This document shows, in pieces, positions 21,878 to 36,200 of a stretch of 64,000 nucleotides of DNA (positions within the stretch are counted from its first letter, which is position 1; every line of letters begins with the position of its first letter). The stretch lies in NCBI GenBank assembly GCA_004764695.1, contig SMSO01000031.1, forward strand, positions 3,076,436 through 3,140,435, written 5' to 3'. The notes under the pieces were generated by a model. It saw only the letters and a program-made list of their open reading frames with translations. It did not search any database and was not told where the DNA came from. Source of the stretch: Schizochytrium sp. TIO01 (lineage: Eukaryota; Protista; Bigyra: Labyrinthulomycetes). Position numbers and translations under genes: made by a program.

Positions 21878-24800
21878 TCTCCCTCTTTGTTAATTTTCTT
21901 TATGGCGATCCCACGCCACCTCGAATTTCAAAGAGACAGGTTGGACGTCGAAGCGAGAGAGCTTAGCAGATGTACGCACTGTCCTCACCAAAGAAGGCGA
22001 CGTGAGCAATCTTCACCGAGATAGCAATTCGCGCGTTTTGTATATATGATATATATCAATAAGGGTCTTGTCGCTGGTTTTCTATTTTTGCACGCGCTCG
22101 TTGCCAACGAGTAGATCTTAGGTCCAGACCTCACTTCAGGCCAGCGATACAGAAGCAGCACGCTGCTCTTAAGGGGTAGGGGAGTGAGGAGATCGTCAGC
22201 CTTCTCGGATGCGGCCCCTTGCCGCTCAGCTAAGCGCCGACCGCCTTCTTCGTGTTGTTGTTGTTTCCAAAGGGATCTGCAAGTGCCGATCAGTTCGTGC
22301 ACTCTTCTTGCTCATAAAGACTTTCTCTCTCCTCTTAGAGAATCACTATTGTTACAAAAAGAACTATAAATAGAAAATAAAAAATAAAAGTCATAGGGAC
22401 CTACCCTTTCTAGTAATATTGTTTGCACAAAACTTGTGTTTCTTTTCTCTTTCTCAGGAAATAAGAATATTCTGTAGTACCATTTATATGCTGCGGAAGA
22501 ATAAAACAAAGGCCAATCACTTACCTACCACTATGTTTATATATTGTTCATGATCGCGAGGGAGTGAATCAGCTGTCACACCATATAATAAGGAAAGCCT
22601 TGTTGGTCGACCACCAAAGCTTTTCTGATTCAAGTTGTCTCCTAATTTGTAGCAGTAGGGCAGTGAAAAGTCTTGAATATCTCCTTCAACGTGGACTCTA
22701 TGAGGACAGTGAACAAGAACAAAAAGGAGGAAAGAAAAGGGAGAAATTTTCCCTTCACGAATGTTGATAACTCGTTTAAGGGGTGAGTCTCTGTGCTGGC
22801 AGGGCACACTGAGACTGGGTAGCAAGCAAAAACAAGACCTCGCAGCCAGTATAGTGATAGAATTCAAATTATCAAAAACTATCTACGTCTAGCAGATTAC
22901 AAAGAAAGAAAGAAAGAAAGAAACACTACTATTAATTTTACAAAAGCTTTATTTTTAGTAATTTCTTCGTCCTTCTTTTCTTTAGAAAGAAGGGTTTGCA
23001 GATGGTAGTAAGGCAGTACATAGGTATTAATTTTTCATTTTTCATTTCAATTTTATTGTTGTTATATAGATAAACAAATTCCTAAAAAGGATTTATAAGT
23101 ATAGACAACTTCCTCGAGGCGGCTCAAAGTACCCAACTCAGACGATAAGAAGGAGAACAAGAAATAGTATCGAGTATCGAGAGCGACCGAAATGTAGCGA
23201 TTGCCTTCTTCTTTGGCCACGCGGCTTCGTCTACAAAAGTATGTGATCTGATCTTCGTTTCTGGCTTTCGGTATTTAATTGCCTCACGCTGTACTTTCTT
23301 TCAAGTCACTTTTCCCCATTGAAAGTAAAAGTAAAAGAATAAGTTCAAAGAAGTAGTAGTAATATTCCAAGAAGAACTTTTAAGCGTTAAAAATAAAACA
23401 ATTAAGAAAAATGCAAAACGAGCGCAGCTCCCTGGAACGTGAATCGCCTTTCTCTGCCGGATCGTGAAGCGGTTGCCCTGCTTCTTCTCAAGGAAGGGAG
23501 TCCACTAGGAACCGCCTCGCGCCTATTGGCGTGCGCTCCTCTAATCCTCCCTGCGTGGGACGTGGGAAAGCATGAAAGCCACCCGAAGGATTTCTTGTAA
23601 CTTCTCACAATACTTAGCACCTGCCCACCCTAAACCATAGGACCGGATGTTAATGTGCGCTTCGCTTTTATTTACTTATTTATTTATTTAAATCCTAAAA
23701 TAACAACTCCTTTCGTAAAAAATAAAAAAAATAAAAAAAATCCTTTTCGAGCGAGTTAAACTTAGTTTTCTCACTCTCGCTTAGGATTTTGTGTGAAACA
23801 GCAGTCACCAAGAAAGCTTTCCAGTAAGTGAATCAAAGCGCAGGGCCAGCGCGAGCGTGGGTCCTGATCTGCACTTTTCATTCCCAGGTTAAGTCTGCAA
23901 CACGCATCATATAAATGTCATACTGCTGCCTATGATGAGAGTTGTTAAAGCTGGTCGATTTCACCTTTACTTCTCCATCATTTTATGATGCCATTATTTG
24001 CGAGGTAGCGAGGAGCACCGAGGTTTTGTGTAAAACCAACCCCAAGTGGTAGAACAGGGCAGCCTTGAGGCGACCGCGCTCCCGTTCTGAGCTGGCCGCA
24101 CCACGATCGGCGATCTTTTACCGGCGCCGCTACAGATTATGCGAGGTACCCGCTGTCTGCAAGTTCGAGCTCGTGGCAGGCGTCTCTGCTGGCTCGGACT
24201 CCAGCGCGCTCCTCGCCATATTCACCTCCCGTTCAACTTTGTAGGTACGTGCCTACCTTCTTACTACCCCTTATGATGTGATTTTCTCCTGTCTTTCTAA
24301 ATTTATTGGCCTCTGATTTAGTTTAAAAGGTTTGTGTGTATTTCTTGTTTAACGCTAGTTAAAATAAACTTTTAAACTAAAATAATTAAAGACAAAATTA
24401 AAGAAATATACATAATATAGGCCTCTTCAATTCCCCTCAAAGAATATGGAGGCCCGCACCAGCAACAACGACGAGCGAATGACGCTCGAGCGCTATCAGC
24501 TTGGTTGAGCAGGCCCCGGCCTCTCTCGGCTCTAGGCAGGTACTTGCGACGAAGCACGCACCACAAGGCTTCAGGACAGAGACCGATCGCGAGCTGCAGG
24601 TGCTCACGAGTAAGTCAGGCGCCCGAACTTTGGTCAGCGGCAGATCAGCCAGTGATCGTCTCCTTATGTTCCGCGCGTGCCTGCAGATGTCTGAACTGCC
24701 CCCGATCTCAATCATTTGGCGCTTTTTTTTTTTTTTTTCTTTTTCTTTTTTTTAATTTAATTAATTAAAACTTAGAATATCATGATGATTACGTTGTTAA

Positions 24801-27800
24801 AAAAACAAAATTGTTAAAAAGAAAAGGCAAGCTCAAACTTAATGTTGAATGACTTGTTTAATTAGGAAGCTGGGTACCAACCTTTTATTGGTTTACGTAA
24901 ATTTAGAGATGCAAGACTTAAGGTTGATTTTTCTAGCAAGTTTGTGTGGAGGCGTTTATCACTCAAGATACTAATGCGTCGCAAGATGGGCGTGGCTCTT
25001 CTTTTATGGCACAACCGAAATACTTTTCACAATGCGTGCAGCTGCGATTTAGAATTGCTCAAAGAAGCGAAAAGTAGCCTTCGAGTAAGTTCGGGAAAGC
25101 CCATGAAATGTTGCAATGCTTTGGGCTTGGATAACGCAAACTGTGAAACATCAAATTTGGGGACTTGAGGGATAGTATTTTCGTAGACACCAAATAAAAA
25201 ACACCACGATGCAAAGGAGCTCCAGGCTAGAATCACTCAGAGTGGATGCCAAATGAGCGTGTGCTTCTTCAGGCGCCTCCTTGAGTTGCTAGATATTGTT
25301 TCCTTTTCAAGGTGGCTCCAGTTTTACTACATCTAGTAAAGAAAGTAGTACTCTATTAGTTAGGCCATATAGGTGTATACATATTTGATTTGTCTTACTA
25401 AGTGAAAAAATTAAATTTTTAATTTTAAAGGCTGTGATTATCCCCTTCACCTTTGTCTGGCTCCCAATTTACATCGGCCGAGTCAAGCTGCTCAGCGAGG
25501 GATTCGAGCGTAGCACAGCGTTGGGCGGTGTATACATACCCTACTCGAAGACTCCCTGGTCGCAGCTCTATCTTATAAGGAGCCAAGTCCGTACGAGTTC
25601 GAAGTTCTCTTAGCCTGGGTACCTCAAACGGCATTCCACGCTTCCTTTGTGAAAATTCATGAGTGACTAATCTAAACCTTCTTCAATTTGCATCAGAGCT
25701 TGAATGCCAGTGGCTACAGCCGCGGTGCAGTAGGTACGGGGCAAAAGTAGGACGTTCTTTCGGCTCTTCTGCTCCCGTGCATGCTGCTCAGCTCAGCTTA
25801 TGCACACGAATTTCAAGTTTGGCTATCCGAACGATTTTTTTGGTAGCTTTTAGTGTCATTAGGCGGGAACTTCGAGTTGTGGCGTGATGTCTTCTTCACA
25901 GTTCTACAGTAGCAGTGGCCGAGGCTGCTGGAGCTGGGTAGCATGGAGAGCCTTTAAGCGGGGATCGGCTGTACGCGCGCGACCTCGCGCAGCTCGACCC
26001 CACATGATACCACGAAGCATCTTGAATTTGAGGAAATTGGGCATAATTTTTAAGATGGGATACTATCATCGTTGTAACTATTACTACTACCACCTTCGTG
26101 AAAAATTGAAAAGGAGAAAAGAAGTAGGTAATTTTTTCTTCTTTAAACAAGGTAGATTAGCTGCCTCTACCTACCGAATGGATAGTCTATTTTTTCTATC
26201 ATTTTAAAAACGTTTTATTTGTTTAATTGGTTGTTTATGATATCTCTTTTCAAAGAAAAGCGCTGCTTTGAAAATACTTTTCATCAAAACATACATACGT
26301 AGACGCAATATATAGGTATTACAGTAAGACTCACATCACATTCATGGTAATTTGGGGAGACTGCTAATCTCTGGAAATAGAAAGGGGATCCGCAAATATA
26401 CAAGATTGCTACTGAATGATCTCGCGGTCACGTGCAACGGTGCACACCACTTGCTATAATAAGATAATATGATCTGAGATTGATCACTTCGAAAGGTGTA
26501 AAACAAAGAAGATCGATCACGACACTCAGAGACTTCGCAGTTCATCCAGCTGGGAGACTTAATCGATATCCTAAAGCCATGTTCAACGAATAGTTAATGC
26601 AGCGGCAGGGAGGCTGGGGCTGCTGACTAAGAACATGGCTCGAATTTATACAACTGCAGCTGACCGGTGTTAAACTGGGATGATGGATCGTGCGAGCAGC
26701 TGTCAGAAGCCTTGCACACAACCACACAACCACCATGTTTACCGAGCGGCCGATTGCATCTTTTGACTATGGCCTGCTCAGAACTCCGTCGGCCTGCTTC
26801 AAGGGGAACAAGTCAGCAGCACCGGAGATGAAACGACGAGGTAATAAATTCGTTTGCAACGCTTCCACCCTTCACAGGGATCTGCACACCATCATTAGCA
26901 TCGCCATTAAATCATCTTCGTTCTTGAACATCATAGGTTGCTTGATTGCTTGATTGCTTGAACAATTAGTTTGCAATGATGATCATCAAGATTTCGTGAT
27001 GCGCTCATCCTTTTAGTCACTCAAGCCACCGTGGTGTAGAAATCCCGGCTCCGGTGCTCCTAGGCCGGGGCCAGCAAACTTGAATGTAGCTTTTAGGGCT
27101 GCTATGATAATGTAAACGTTTAATTGACAGCTAGATGCCTTCCTTGGCGCTGAGCAGCGGCCCTCTTCGTGCCTGAATTGTTCACGAACAAGCCGAGACA
27201 AACAGTGAATACCTGGTGATTTTAAAACATAACAAAAGTCATCATAATCTTTTTTCTTCATCGTAATTGCTATCGTTGGAGCCCGTCAGCATCTCGTGTA
27301 CGTACTTTTCAGCTACTCGTAAAGCCTTGAGATGACTTGAACATAATCAGAGGTCTTGTTTGCAATGAGAGTACAATCCCACGAAATCCTGACCGCTGGC
27401 GCGATTGCATGGTGGGCACAGCTAGCTGCCTGAAGTTATTGAGATGGTATTTACCAATAGCACCATTGCCGTTCGTTCGCAAATCACGTAAACAATAACG
27501 CTGCGCTGCTATTCTTAGTGGGTCGCGCATGTAGAGCTGGCAGCTCTATTCAAGCTCCAACATGATCGCTTAAAAGTCGCCAGTGGATAGGAATCTGCAT
27601 AATCTAAGGAATACTTTGTGCTACCTTCTGATTCACAACTTTCGCAACTTGAGACTTAAACCAGCACAGATAGTCTATTCATTGGGGTCCGGCCGGCTTG
27701 AGACCATCCTCCAGCAGGCCGGATCGCTGTTCTTCCGGCCTGCTCCAGAGATTTGGCTAAAGTGGACCTTGAAACTCTCTCATTATTCTGTTTTTTGACG

Positions 27801-28980
27801 CCAGAGCTCGCAAGGCTAGCTTATCCAGTTTACCTTGGGGTTTTCGGGAAGTGGATGGCCCCAGCTGGCAGCTTGATAAAGTAAACCTGGCGTGGAAGTC
27901 CATTCAACTCATCGACTTTCATTGCATGAATCAACAAACAAGCTCACAAAGCCGTCACCTTCAAGTCCTTTCATTTCCTCAAAGTCCTTCTACTTCTGCT
28001 ACCACCTAATCGACTTCCTTGTTCTTCCTCTTTGTCACTTGGAACCGCATCATACATGGTAGGCGGTGTAGTAGGCGTCCAATAGGCCTGCTTACCTGCA
28101 GGTGCTATGTCCTTTTGCTATACAGGCCACTAGCAGTAGTGCGAGTGGTACTGTAAATGCTACGTACACGCTATTCTAAACCATTGTCAATTTGCTAGCA
28201 GTGAGCGAGCGCGCGTGCACACCTTGCACTCTTCTTTTTTGTCGATCTCCAAGAAAGAAAGAAAGCAGCCTTCGGGTTAACCTCAGAACTCGCAACAGGT
28301 GGATCAGAGACTGTTGTGGAATAGACTTGGCCAGAGACTCGCGCTCATGTCCTCAGCTGCAAGAGCAGCCTCACGCACTGAGCGCTAATTTGGCTGTGTC
28401 GAACAGAAGAGCCCGCCATGATGACATTTCCCACGTTTTATTATTTAAGGCAAGTAGCTTTTTCATCTTTTATCTTTCAACTTTCATTTCCCTTTTGAAG
28501 GGTAGAATCATGCATTCATTCCCCAACCTGTCGTCGCATAGAACTAAAGGACAAACCGTAATGATGGCTCTCCAGACAGCCTGCTTAACCTAAGAAATCC
28601 CTCAAGCTCCTGTCCTTGCTGTAACTTTCTCCGACCCGCAAGTCTGAACCTGCCCCCTCTATAAATTCTCTCGATCGCAGTAAACAATTATAATGATGAT
28701 AACAAGGAAGAAATGGAATTCATTTGCCTAAAGAAAAGAAGAAAATAAAAGTTTCTTTTACCGCCAGTGGAATAGCCCAAGAGGCGAGGTAAATCGCACC
28801 AGCTTATGAAGGCAAATCAATTATGCGTCATCGCTCTCTTATACTTATACTGAGGGTAGTCCGCGGGGTACGTAGCGCACGCCGCTTTATGCGTTGGCCT
28901 ATTTCTAAAGATATTCTATTGCACGCTGTCTCCCTCGCTCGGATTGAACTCTGAAAAACATCATCATCTAATTAATAAAA

Positions 28981-29136
<156 letters not shown>

Positions 29137-29952
29137 CTTTTTTATTTCATGCCATTGAGCCGGCCTCTCCAAATTTAACACAGGCCTTCCCTCCTTTATA
29201 TTCGCTTTTGTCCATCATTGCCCGTGTGCAGGGTTTCACTCACCCTTCTATTGCACAGTCTGTGCAATCCAAACAAAACTGTTGAAATTAGTAGTTGCAA
29301 CATACGTGTTCAACAAAGTTCGTTGGCTTCAAGAAGACTGACTGTTTTGCAACTAACTATTTTATGTAGAGATATTTTAAAATTAAAAACTTATTTTGAA
29401 ATAAAATACTGTTTCGAAAACAAATTAAAAATATTATGAATATGATTGAGTGCTTTTCGTTTCCTCTTTGTGTAAATCAGGGAGGCCTCAATTCGCACGC
29501 ACGCTCACTCGCTCGCTGCATGCAAGTCTGTATTCAAGAGGCAGTGAGAACCTCAATCCAATCGCCAGCAAAGCCCCAGCGGCAGTTCTCTCCAAGAAGA
29601 TTGAGGGCGGTGCTTGTGGTCACTAGCGAGGAGCGCCTCCTCTGCCCGTGGCCACTCGGCGATTGCAAACACCACTGCTCAGAAGCTATTTTTGCTATTT
29701 GTGGAGTTTTCACGCAAGAATCCCGTTCGTCTCGTGGCGAGCAAGGGCATCACTACCGTAGCCTGAGTCTTGCTACGAAATCTTGTGGAGAAGTAAACAT
29801 TGACAAGTTCATGCTCATTACAGCTCCGTGAACTTCAAGCTTAAAATCAAAACAGCACGTGCAGCCCATTTATTAGAAGCCTGAGCGAGGCAGTGGTATA
29901 AGGTGCACTGCATAAACTTTGGCTTGGTGTGCCTTCTCTGTAATCCTGCACA

Positions 29953-32835
29953 ATGCCGACGTTTACTCCAAGACCACCATCAGGGCCGATGCCCTCGTAT
30001 AGCGCTGATAAAGAAGAGCCTATCGTTCACAAAAGCAGCCTCAATGATCGGTATGAGGCACGTCCTCCTTCAACTGCGTACCCAGAGTTTGGATTAAATG
30101 GCATCGATGTAAATGCTGAGGAGGATGTTGACCCGGAAAGGAAACTAGGTGCTGTTAAGCGCATGCGCAAAAAGGTTTACAGACAAATTCGAAAAAAACA
30201 TGCATGTGAGCGTGCTTGTATGTGCGCACTTGCCGTAAGTCTTCTGTGGATCACATCTCTCGTTGTTTGTCAAGAGGTTACCCATGCATTTATCTCTACT
30301 CCTACACAAACAAGCGTAGTAGAGTCCTACGAACGTTTGTCTTCTGTGACCCTCTCTCAAAGATCAGCCTACAAAACGTGTGCCACCGAGGCTGCTACTG
30401 ATTGCCGCACGGCCTATACGCGTGATACTGACGCGGAAGATGAGCGAGTCCTCACTGTTCAGAACACTCTGGCAGCTCGTCTGCAAACCATCAAAGCAGA
30501 AGTTCTTGCTTGCTCTATCGCGTTCTTAAATGCAACTGACTGGCTTAATGAGGCTGTTTCTAATGGTAACATTCAAACAATAACCATCAATTCAACCGAC
30601 GGAATCTGTGGCACGACCGACTTTACAACTTTTCTAAATTCGTCTTCGATTTCGGCCCAGTCTATCTCTGACCTCCAAGACTATCAGAACTCCGCGGATG
30701 CAACAATTGATTCACTAAACAGTGCTCTCAACGAGCGCGACAGCTACATGAGTTCTTATTTGTCCAACACAACAAGCGGAACTTTCACTGAAATTACGGA
30801 CGAGCTGCTAGCCAACCTTACAACAGCCGATGATGTGTATGACAAAGTAGATACTTACTATGCATCATTCATGGCGTGTATGTCGCTTACGTCTTCCTAT
30901 ACAACAGACAGTGGAACTACAGTTTCATGTGGTGACTCCATTTTTGCAGCAGCCGTGAGCCAGTTTGAGGAATATGAGAATCAGTATGAATCCCTTCTTG
31001 ACGAGGCCAAAGCATTTCGTACAGAGATTGAAACAAAAATGGCCAACTACGAAGCCCTTTACGAAAAGGTGACATCTGCTTTATCAATTTCAGGTTTGAG
31101 TGGGCTCTACGTTAGTGGCATTAGCCTGGACTTTGATGATGTTTTGGAACAGTACATGACATCCGCTTACAGCTCTCTTAGCAACCTTCTTGATGGCCCA
31201 GAGGAAATTTACTCGGATTTGCTAACTCAAGCAAACGATTTCATGACAAATATCGAATCTGCTGTGCAATCAGTAACCGACGGCAACGATGAAGTAGAGA
31301 GTAATGCCACTTACCTCACGACATACTTTTTTGATGACTATGATCCTCCTGCGATTGATGAGACTCTTTACGATGAGCAAGTCGACTCCTCTTCAAGTGT
31401 AGTCAGTTCTGTGACAGACTCTCTCGACTCCGTCACAACCGAGACGAATGGTACATCAAGCATTGAAGATTACGTGAGTTCAACAGCTCTAAATATATCT
31501 GAAGAAGCTGCAAATCTGCTTGACAAGGCAACACCTCGAACTTGGGAAAGCTTCTTTACGTACCCATCATCAGTTTTCAACCAGTTTTCGAGTGGTATAA
31601 CGAGCGTTAGTAGCCTGGCCCTGGCATTCGATTACGCATATCGTGTCATTCGCTCCCTAATGCTCATCAAAAAGTACTGGAATATTTCAGCGATCAATAC
31701 ACCACCTGCCGATGTGAGAACTAAGGCAGGCATTGAGGCTGGAGTATTCGTAGCTAAGACCAACATGGTACAAAAGGCAGGTAAAATTTTGACCCATCCT
31801 GGTCTTCATATTTTCCTTATCCTTCTTTGGCTTGCACTCTTTTCGGCCGCCTTTTATTCTGCGTATTCTCCAATTTATGAAGAATACGTGAATGGTTGTG
31901 TGGACAAGTGCTACTACCAAATCACAAACACCATCACCAACACTGACGGTACCTATCGTTACAATGCTACACTCGAAGGAACTATGCTCTACCGCAATGC
32001 CTTTGCTATTGCCGATCAATATGCATTCGCTAATGGTGACTATGTTGCTTCCACTGAAGTCGACAGTCTTGGTGTAGAAATGGAGCTTGCTTGCAGTGAT
32101 GCTGTTACAGAGACCATTCAGGTCCAACTCGAGCAGGATGACCAGTTCGAATACTATAATGATCGTGCACTAGATTACATTGACAGCTTTGAGTATTTGC
32201 GTCAATGCGTCGACACAGAAGCATTGAATACGAATTACCCTCAGTCTTATGACTTTGACCCACTAGTGTACGACGCTAGCCTCGCTGAATGTGTGCGCAG
32301 CTTTGATGATCTCGATACTTATCTTGATTCAATTACATTGGACGTCACTAGTAAAGATCGCAATTTCGACTGTGATAATATCGATACCTGTGACTTTGGC
32401 TGCTCTGGCCCAAGTGAAGCGATTCTGCGAGGAGTGAGCTTTGATTCTGCCTGCACTATTGAGTGGTACGGTCATGCTGAATTACTTACTGTGCTATGCG
32501 CAATTTTCGGATATATTACGATTAATATTGCTCGCATTGTGTTTCTAGATGGCATCGTCAAGGTATTTTGGCGTCACTTTAGTGCACATTACTTTGCAAT
32601 CATTGCTTCTTGCCGAGAAGACGGTGCCATTATTTATCCTGAGGAGGTTACTGAGGAGGGCAAATCTTTTCGCCACGTTATCGTAATGCAACTTCGTATT
32701 GCCATTCGTGCTTTTGAACGCCGAGGTTGTTTGTTAACCTTGTTTGGTATTGCTCTAATTATTCCATGGTTTGCAATTCTCATTTCACTCAATCGCCACC
32801 TGGCCTTTGATTCTGATAAAATTTGCAATCTCTAA
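29953..32835 (+). CDS. Uncharacterised five-TM glycoprotein, subtype B copy 2 (B2)
   Basis: 960-aa intronless ORF, clear paralogue of B1 (QIRKKHACERA, LAFDYAYRVI, KYWNISAINTPPADVRTK, HLAFDSDKIC). Confidence 0.92.
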   Translation: MPTFTPRPPSGPMPSYSADKEEPIVHKSSLNDRYEARPPSTAYPEFGLNGIDVNAEEDVDPERKLGAVKRMRKKVYRQIRKKHACERACMCALAVSLLWITSLVVCQEVTHAFISTPTQTSVVESYERLSSVTLSQRSAYKTCATEAATDCRTAYTRDTDAEDERVLTVQNTLAARLQTIKAEVLACSIAFLNATDWLNEAVSNGNIQTITINSTDGICGTTDFTTFLNSSSISAQSISDLQDYQNSADATIDSLNSALNERDSYMSSYLSNTTSGTFTEITDELLANLTTADDVYDKVDTYYASFMACMSLTSSYTTDSGTTVSCGDSIFAAAVSQFEEYENQYESLLDEAKAFRTEIETKMANYEALYEKVTSALSISGLSGLYVSGISLDFDDVLEQYMTSAYSSLSNLLDGPEEIYSDLLTQANDFMTNIESAVQSVTDGNDEVESNATYLTTYFFDDYDPPAIDETLYDEQVDSSSSVVSSVTDSLDSVTTETNGTSSIEDYVSSTALNISEEAANLLDKATPRTWESFFTYPSSVFNQFSSGITSVSSLALAFDYAYRVIRSLMLIKKYWNISAINTPPADVRTKAGIEAGVFVAKTNMVQKAGKILTHPGLHIFLILLWLALFSAAFYSAYSPIYEEYVNGCVDKCYYQITNTITNTDGTYRYNATLEGTMLYRNAFAIADQYAFANGDYVASTEVDSLGVEMELACSDAVTETIQVQLEQDDQFEYYNDRALDYIDSFEYLRQCVDTEALNTNYPQSYDFDPLVYDASLAECVRSFDDLDTYLDSITLDVTSKDRNFDCDNIDTCDFGCSGPSEAILRGVSFDSACTIEWYGHAELLTVLCAIFGYITINIARIVFLDGIVKVFWRHFSAHYFAIIASCREDGAIIYPEEVTEEGKSFRHVIVMQLRIAIRAFERRGCLLTLFGIALIIPWFAILISLNRHLAFDSDKICNL

Positions 32836-33243
32836 AAGTCTGTTGAGCGACAATTATTTCTTCTGTCTTAAAAGACGTGAAGATTTGTAGTCAAGAGTCT
32901 GTATGCACCCATCTGTTGTTCCTTTCTATATTCTTAATTTTTTTTGCTAAATAATTGTTTTGTTTAATTTACTTTATACCTGTTAGTTGATTGGCTCGTA
33001 GCAAGTACAATAACCTCTCGTTGTAAATCAAATATTGAGCTCTTCCTGAATTGCTTCATGTAATTTGTGACGAGCAAAATTCTTCACATCAAAATTAGAA
33101 TTCACACGCGATACGAATTAATATCTTTATCTCAAAGCAAGAAGATCGAATTCTCGAAATATCGTAATTTGCGTAGTTCTTATGTTACCAACACCACCAA
33201 TGTATGCAGGGATTTATGGTACTGCAGAGTCTGCTGTAACTTC

Positions 33244-36200
33244 TCAGGTGAAGGAATGATTCTGACGAGAGTGCAGTAGTAACTTTTCCTCTAACAGAAA
33301 GGTTAAGCGGGGGACCTTATTAAAGGAAAGACCGTGACGCTCTGCAAAACTTTGGGCCAACATTGCAACATCATCTCCTTCACGGACAGAGATTCGCTCC
33401 ATATGTCCCTTACCAATGTTTACATCTAAATGAAAGAGCGGCTGACTCCTATTCTGAGGTGATGTGGCTGCTCGAAGCACGGCCTCTTCATGCAGAGAAG
33501 GTGGTGGACGGCGCCGAGGACGGGATGGTTGACCTGTCTCACTCTCAGACGGTTGTCCCAGATCAAAATCTTGGCGCTGTCGACGAGAATTCTGAATATT
33601 ATGATCAGAAGTAGAGTTAGTGGTTGAAGTTTGGAAATAGGTTTGCTCCATGGACTCAAACGGGTTTTGTGTGTTCATAACTTCTGGCCTGTCTGCAGTA
33701 GTCCCTGATTCCTCTCTCCAAAGACCGTGTGTATGGCCATTTTCACTTTGGTCCAGTGAATGCTGGTTTCCAGCAGCAGCTGCACTCGCAGCATCTCGTG
33801 ATGCCTGCCAGCCTAGCGTTGCATGCAAAAGCTCGCGTTGTCGCTGTGTCAATACAGAAGGGTACATGATTGGAGATGGAAGTTTTTCTGTAGGCTCAAA
33901 GTATGGCGCGGGACGATCTAGATGGTTTGTGCGGATCGTCGGGAGCTGATGCGAGACTGATTGATGTCGAATTTGCTGATACTCGCTTGGCGAAGCATCC
34001 ACGCTGATTTTGGAGTGCTGCTCTTTTTCATCCCCAAAGCTATTGCGCTCTCGCAAATAGCTATTGTTTTCTACCATGCGATCGTCGACGTGTCCGTAGA
34101 ATCGCTCTGGTTGCTCACCTTGATTAGATGTTGGCGAAGGGTGCAAAGAAGTCGGACGCAATGTTGCAGACTCCTGTTGCTGTTGTTCATAATAGAGACG
34201 CAATTGCAAGACGACACGCTCTTCAATTTCTGATGCCTGACGCTCGCGTAGTCCATACGTTTTACGGAATCCAGCAACTAGCTTGCCAGGGTCATCTCCC
34301 TCTCGCACCACCAATTTTCCAATTCGACCAGGTCCGACTTTCACGTGAAGTGTGCCAATAATCGGACCTGAGTTTGAGCGAAAACTCGATCGGGAAAGAT
34401 TGCGTGGCTTACGAAAGCTTTTCTTGGATCCAATGTTCGAAACCTGAGACAAGGCATCGCCCTCACGATTAGAGTGAAAAGGAAGGGGTTGGTTCTCGCT
34501 TCCATGAAATTCAATCATCCGATCGTGAAGCAAGCGTCGAAGCTTCGGTTGCATCGATCGATCTAAACGGTGTTTCAGTACAAAGGCCGATGCCAAAGCT
34601 ACAGGATCATCTCCTCGATGAACTGGAATTGTTCCGATAAGCTTTCCATCCATATTTACATCGACATACATTTCCGGGGCAACAGTTTCACTCGCTGTAC
34701 TCCTAGAGTTTCCTGAAAAGCCACGAGATCTCCTTGGAACCTGTTTCTGGGAAACATCATCTTCATCTCTTTCTGCTTTTCGAGCAAAAGATTGAGTTGA
34801 ACGCTTATGCAAAGTGGTGTCCTCAGGACGAATGAATCGACGCTCTGCAGCAGGTGCGGATACAGTACTTCCTCGTTGCTCACGTGTTCGCTTATCAAAT
34901 TGTGTTTCCGGAGCTCTGCTAAAAAGTTTGTTTCGTTCTGGACTCTTGTTTGTGTAGTCGCCTTTCTTTGCAGAGCTCATAGCATCCGAACCACTGTGTA
35001 GACGAACAGAATCCGTGTGACCTTCCACCCCTTGATTGTGATTTCTAGCATCTTGAAGACTTTTATTTGAATTATCAACAATGGACTGGTTGCTTTGATT
35101 GTTGTGTTGAGATGACTCTTGGACTGAGAGGCCACCGTCATGGTGCAAGCGAATGCCAGAAATACCATTTCCATTTGAGCTTACAAAAGAATTATCAGTC
35201 CCACCTCGAGAGCGCGCCTGCCCATTGATAGACCTTCCACGATTGTTTAGCTGACTTTTGTTTTGATCGGGTGACCGGTGTAGAAGTCGATTGGTGTCAT
35301 TTTCCAAGGCTCCCTTGACGAAGTTGGAGAGTCGACCTACGTCCTCGCGAGCTTTACTGACAGTACTTTCAAGTCCACGAGCACTAGACCACTCATCTGC
35401 TGAAGCTTCAGAGGTAAGTCGAAAGCGTTGGGGTGAAGAGAGTGATGATTCTTGCTGCAAACCAGTTTCAATTGAGTAGGTCCCTTCACCTGGCATCGAC
35501 TTTTCATAGAGACCAGAGTCTACAAGGCCAGAGTTCACATTGAGATTCTGAATATCCCTCACGAGAGCTTCGCGTTCAGTGTCATCCTCACTAGCCATAC
35601 TTTGTACTCCAAATGTAGATTGAGACGCCGAGCGCACTGCTGTTTGCCTTCCTAGAATGGCGCTTATAGTCATGGAGTCCGGCGACTCATTCATTGGGTT
35701 GGCTGTAGATGGCTGGTGGTCAATATGGTTCGTAAGATTTTTTTCTAGCTTATTTTGAGCAAGGCTGTGCGAATTCACAGACGTATTACCACCGTAGCCC
35801 ATGTGCTCTCCACGCATAATATTTCTAGCTCCTTCCTTTTCCGCATTCGCGTCGCCTGGACTAAACTCCTGGTCGAATTCGCAGGTTGAGAGGGGCTGCT
35901 GGCTATGACGGCTTGCTCGTGCAAAACTATCCGTCCGGACCCCCTTCAATCGGTTGATGGGCAAATATCCTTGTTTTTCTGTCAATTGAGTTGCATTTCC
36001 AAGCTCAGAATAAGACTGTCGCTCCACAGATTGTTCATCAACTGGTGAACGGTCTCTATTATCTTCGGCATCAAGGTCCAAAGACGTGGCATGAATCTCG
36101 GCGTTAACCATATGTTGAGCCCGAATACGTAGAAGAGATAACGTTAGGTCTACATTTTCTCCTGTTCGGGCACTCATTTCCATAAACATAACGCCGTGTG

